From an uncultured Chloroflexia bacterium (GTDB lineage Bacteria > Chloroflexota > Limnocylindria > QHBO01): a stretch of DNA of 64,000 nt. Where the stretch lies: contig CAWGTN010000002.1 of assembly GCA_963825525.1 (NCBI GenBank), forward strand, positions 928,001-992,000, read 5' to 3'. Each line of letters opens with the position of its first letter. The stretch's first letter is position 1. Below the pieces are notes generated by a model. The model made no database searches. It had not been told where the DNA came from and saw nothing but the letters and a program-made list of their open reading frames with translations. Below are positions 60,607 through 64,000 of the stretch, piece by piece. A program made the translations under genes and the position numbers.

Positions 60607-61503
60607 CTACTGGCCGAAGCCGAAGGACGCGAGGAAGGCCAGGTCATCGGCCTGGTCCACCCGGTAGCCCCCACCGTTGGTGCAGTTCGGGCTGATGCCG
60701 AACGAGTTCACGGCCACGATGGTGGTGGTGGTTCCGGCGAAGATCGGACCGCCGGAGTCGCCGAAGCACGTGCCGCCCTTCACGTTGTTCGAGAAGTTGG
60801 CGGCGATCCCCTTGCCGGTGCCATATACGCCATTGAGGTTGTTCAGCTTCAGCGTGGCAACACGGCGCGTGTCACCCCCGCTGAGGCGCTCCTCGAGCCC
60901 GTACCCGACCGCCGTGTATGTCTGGCCCTTGACCTTGGACAGGGCGTCCAGCTGACCGAGGGTCGGCAGCGACGCGTACTGCGCGCCGGCGGGAAGGGCC
61001 ACGGCCTGGCCGAGCTTCACGACGCCCAGGTCGTACAGATAGAACGCCGCGTCGTCGTACTGCGGGTGCGGCGTGGCCACACCGCGCGTCCACTCGGAGC
61101 TTGCGTCCAGGGCAGCGCTCCACCCGACGTAGCGGTCGGCATTCGAGGTGAACGTGCTGCTCGGCGGGAGGATGTCGTAGTTCGGGACCTCGGCAAAGCT
61201 GACCCATACGTCGTTGCCGCCAGAACCGCCGGTCGAGGTCGTCTCGACGCCATTGCTGCCCACGCCGAACGTGCAGTGGCCGGCGGACAGCACGGTGGTG
61301 CCATCCAGCAGCGCGCCGGTGCAGTTGAACCAGCCGCCCGGATCGTCGAATCGGGTGCTCGCCACATCGGGAACGTAGAAGAGCAGCTGACCGACCTGGG
61401 GATGAGCCCCACCGTCCGGGTCACCGTGGGTGATGGCGGCGGCCGGAGCGGCCAGGACAAGGCTCGCGACGAGTGCGAGAAGCAGGGGAAGTTTGCGCAG
61501 CAT
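60607..61503 (-). CDS. Secreted trypsin-like (S1) serine protease
   Basis: Signal peptide ending APAAA-ITHG; catalytic triad LSAGHC, YDLGVV, CFGDSGGP. Confidence 0.92.
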   Translation of the reverse strand: MLRKLPLLLALVASLVLAAPAAAITHGDPDGGAHPQVGQLLFYVPDVASTRFDDPGGWFNCTGALLDGTTVLSAGHCTFGVGSNGVETTSTGGSGGNDVWVSFAEVPNYDILPPSSTFTSNADRYVGWSAALDASSEWTRGVATPHPQYDDAAFYLYDLGVVKLGQAVALPAGAQYASLPTLGQLDALSKVKGQTYTAVGYGLEERLSGGDTRRVATLKLNNLNGVYGTGKGIAANFSNNVKGGTCFGDSGGPIFAGTTTTIVAVNSFGISPNCTNGGGYRVDQADDLAFLASFGFGQ

Positions 61504-61692
61504 CAAGTGTCTCCGAGGAGGTTTGGCGGGGACCGACAGTGAGGCGATCGACCCTGGAGCAGAAACCGTACACGGATTCCGGCGCGTGCGCGTCGGGCTC
61601 GGTGCCGTCAAGCACCACGCAATTCGGAACCGGCCGCCCCTGCTGCCAATTGGCGGGCGGGCCAGACTCGGGTATCGTTCCGGTCTTGCGAT

Positions 61693-61768
61693 GCGGGAGT
61701 AGCTCAGCTGGCAGAGCGGCAGCCTTCCAAGCTGCATGTCGCGGGTTCGATCCCCGTCTCCCGCTCCA
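61693..61768 (+). tRNA. tRNA-Gly (TCC)
   Basis: GCGGGAG/CTCCCGC acceptor stem, D-arm GCTC/GAGC, anticodon arm GCAGC-CTTCCAA-GCTGC, T-loop TTCGATC, encoded CCA; 76 nt. Confidence 0.97.
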
Positions 61769-61990
61769 CTCACCACACGCGCTGATTATCGTGCTCAGAT
61801 TGGCCCTTGACAGGCCTTCGGGCTCGCCGAGTCTTCCGAGTCTGATAGAGCAAGACATGCAGCGCACACGACCTCCCTATCGCGGGCACACGTAGCGCGC
61901 AGATCCTGGCTTCTGTTGGGCTAGGGCGAGGTCGTCTCAGCAGCCGACACGAGTTCTCGGCGCGGCTTCGCCACCGCGGAGCCAAGCAGC

Positions 61991-63022
61991 ATGCCCGGCA
62001 AGACGACCGACGAATCACGCGACTATCGCGCTGGCCACGCCGACGCCTACGACGCGACCGCACCACTAGAGCCGCAGTTCATCGAGTTCCTCGAGGACTC
62101 GGCGGCGGTGATCAACGCCCGCACCGAGTTCAAGTATCGCGCCGACTTTGCCCGCTTCACCGAGTGGCTAACCGCCGAAGACATCCCGGCCACGCTGGCA
62201 GCCCTCGAGCGCCGCGTGCTCAACAGGTACGTGGCCTGGCTCAAGTCACGCCCGGCGCCACCGGACGGAACGGCACGCTCTCGAACCACACCATCGACTC
62301 CTATATCCGCACCCTGCGCACCTTCGCGCGCTACCTGGTCGGCGACGGCCGCTTCCCGCGTGATCCCTTCTACGGGCCGCGTGCGCCTCGTCCGCACCTC
62401 GGTCAACGTATCCAGCGCGCCGCGGCCGCGGCCGATGTCGCCGCCTCGAGCAGGGTACCGCCGGGACAGAGCCGCTTTGCCTGCGTGACCGCGCCGTGCT
62501 GCTCATCGTCCTCGACGCGGGGTTGCGTACCGGCGAGTTCACCCGGCTCAACCTCGAAGACGTGGCTCTCGACGGCGGGTACCTGGAGATCCACGAGAGC
62601 AAGTGGAATAACAGCGCGTGGTCCCCATCGGCAAGCCGGTGGTGGTCGCTCTACGGCGCTACCTGCGCTGGGGCAGTCCGAAGCTGACCGGCATCGCGCT
62701 CGATGATGCTCCGGGGACAGCTCCACTGTTGGTCGGTCGCACGGGTGAGCGGCTGACCGAGAACGGGTTGTACCAGGCGGTGCGGCGCGCCTACCGCCGT
62801 GGCGGGGGCAAAGGATCACTGGGGCTGCACGCCTTTCGTCGCCTGTTTGCTGCGCACACCCAAGACGAAGGGGTCGATCAGCGCGTCACGCAGGACAACA
62901 TGGGTCACGAAGACGCTCGTGTTACCAAGCTCTACGCCGGAGCCACCCGAATTGACACCGCCCGTGCGGCTCTCAGCGGTAGGACGCCGCTGGCGTTGTT
63001 GCGAACGCGCGTTCGCCGATAG
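61991..63022 (+). CDS. Tyrosine recombinase/integrase; frameshifted (pseudogene or assembly error)
   Basis: Core-binding domain (KYRADFARF..., TIDSYIRTLRTFARYL), RDRAVLLIVLDAGLRTGE (Arg), HAFRR, MGH...TKLY across at least four frame segments. Confidence 0.85.
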
Positions 63023-63208
63023 GGTGATGCAGCATCACGCGCGCGCTTGCTCGGCTTTTCACAAATCTAGTCCGAAGGAGGCAGCGGGCCCGTTGGAGAT
63101 TCGGCACATACGGCCCGGCTTCCAGCGTGCACGCCGGCCAGATGCTGCGCGCCAACGTCGACCCTCTGGTCGACCTCGCGCACCAGGGCGCTTTCTCCTC
63201 GATACCGA

Positions 63209-63237
63209 GACCCCCGACTTGCTGATCCGAAGTCAGG
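63209..63237 (-). other. Degenerate tRNA-Arg-like fragment (possible att remnant)
   Basis: Minus strand CCTGA-CTTCGGA-TCAGC-AAGTC-GGGGGT: anticodon arm, variable loop and 5' T-stem only. Confidence 0.4.
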
Positions 63238-63534
63238 AGACCGCCGCTCGCTGCGACTGCCCTATCGCACGCTCACACTTGAGCCTAGCAGCCATGTCAG
63301 TACCAAAACCGACTTGATCGGAACGGGGCCCTCGCTGCCGCTACCGCGAGATTCAACGACCTGGGCCGCGCCTGACCGCATTGCTGGAGGGGCACGCCTA
63401 TGCGGTCTCGCTGCTCGCGCAGTCTGGTCGGGATCCGCGTAGGCGCGCCGCTGGAGAGCGTCGAGTTCGGTAGGCAGCGCGGTCGGATTGCGCTGCCGCG
63501 CGGCGATGACGAAGCTCCGCGACAGCTCGTGAGG

Positions 63535-63747
63535 TCAGCCCAGCGCTTCGCGATAGGTGTCGATCGCAGCCGTAGATCCGCCGAGCTCGTTGAGGTAATC
63601 CGCGTACTGCGTCAGCACCTGGCGCTGTAGAGCCGCTGAGCCGCCGGACTTGGCAAGGGCTACCGCGCTCCCGAAGGCCGCACGTGCAGCCTCCGTCGCA
63701 CGTCGGTCTCCGGGGTGAGGACTGCACTGCCGAAGTTTCGACGCCAC
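63535..63747 (-). pseudogene. C-terminal fragment of a TPR-like protein
   Basis: AARAAFGSAVALA...QVLTQYADYLNELGGSTAAIDTYREAL is TPR-like; no intact upstream frame seen. Confidence 0.4.
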
Positions 63748-64000
63748 CGACGCTTTCCGCGTTGTTGTGGATCTTTCCTAGCGCGAACTAGCGTCGGAGA
63801 CTGCGACGAGGATTCGTCGTCTCGGCCGATCCGCCGCGGTCTTCGAATCGACCATTAGTCCACACTACCGCGAGCGGAAACTCGCGACTGAGCCACAGGA
63901 CACGGTCTCGAGGTTGCTACATTTCAACCGGTGACCTTGATGCCGATCGAAGCGGACCGGATATGGCGGATGCTCGCACCGCGCCCGTCGGAGCGAGTAC

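Larger units (their letters stand above)
61769..64000. mobile_element. Probable left end of an integrated element at tRNA-Gly
   Basis: Integrase about 220 nt after the tRNA 3' end; lower coding density and less regular composition beyond it. Confidence 0.55.

Overview
High-GC bacterial chromosome segment with about 55 genes. The gene content and promoter style suggest soil Chloroflexota or Actinomycetota, but this cannot be settled from this window. Several clearly functional genes (mainly 1-23 kb and 58-63 kb) are broken by single-base frameshifts, most likely long-read assembly errors. Left part: housekeeping and repair genes (cysteine desulfurase-like, glgP, M23 peptidase, YihY, LigD-type Prim-Pol plus LigC-type ligase, beta-CASP nuclease, SAM hydrolase, amino-acid ABC transporter, and lhr with a LexA box). 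Centre (about 20-46 kb): a hypoxia/NO-response island built around a DosS-like heme-GAF kinase and a DosR-like regulator. It includes two USPs, two CBS proteins, GNAT, CoA-transferase, ferritin-VIT1, phosphoketolase, acetate kinase, Na/Ca antiporter, P-type ATPase, DUF5661, VKOR-DsbA, flavodoxin, a Cys-rich mini-protein, and a copper nitrite reductase fused to a C-terminal cupredoxin. The intergenic DNA shows about 16 copies of a 14-bp palindrome (roughly GGGCC-N4-GGCCC / GGGAC-N4-GTCCC), many centred near -42 and -65 from the inferred transcription starts, which defines the regulon directly. Right part: glgA, copA/YHS with a CsoR-type operator, a 133-bp palindromic element, an ABC exporter plus esterase, GH15, an LLM oxidoreductase, a trypsin-like protease, and tRNA-Gly(TCC) followed by a tyrosine integrase marking the edge of an integrated element. 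All family assignments come from motif recognition, not database searches.
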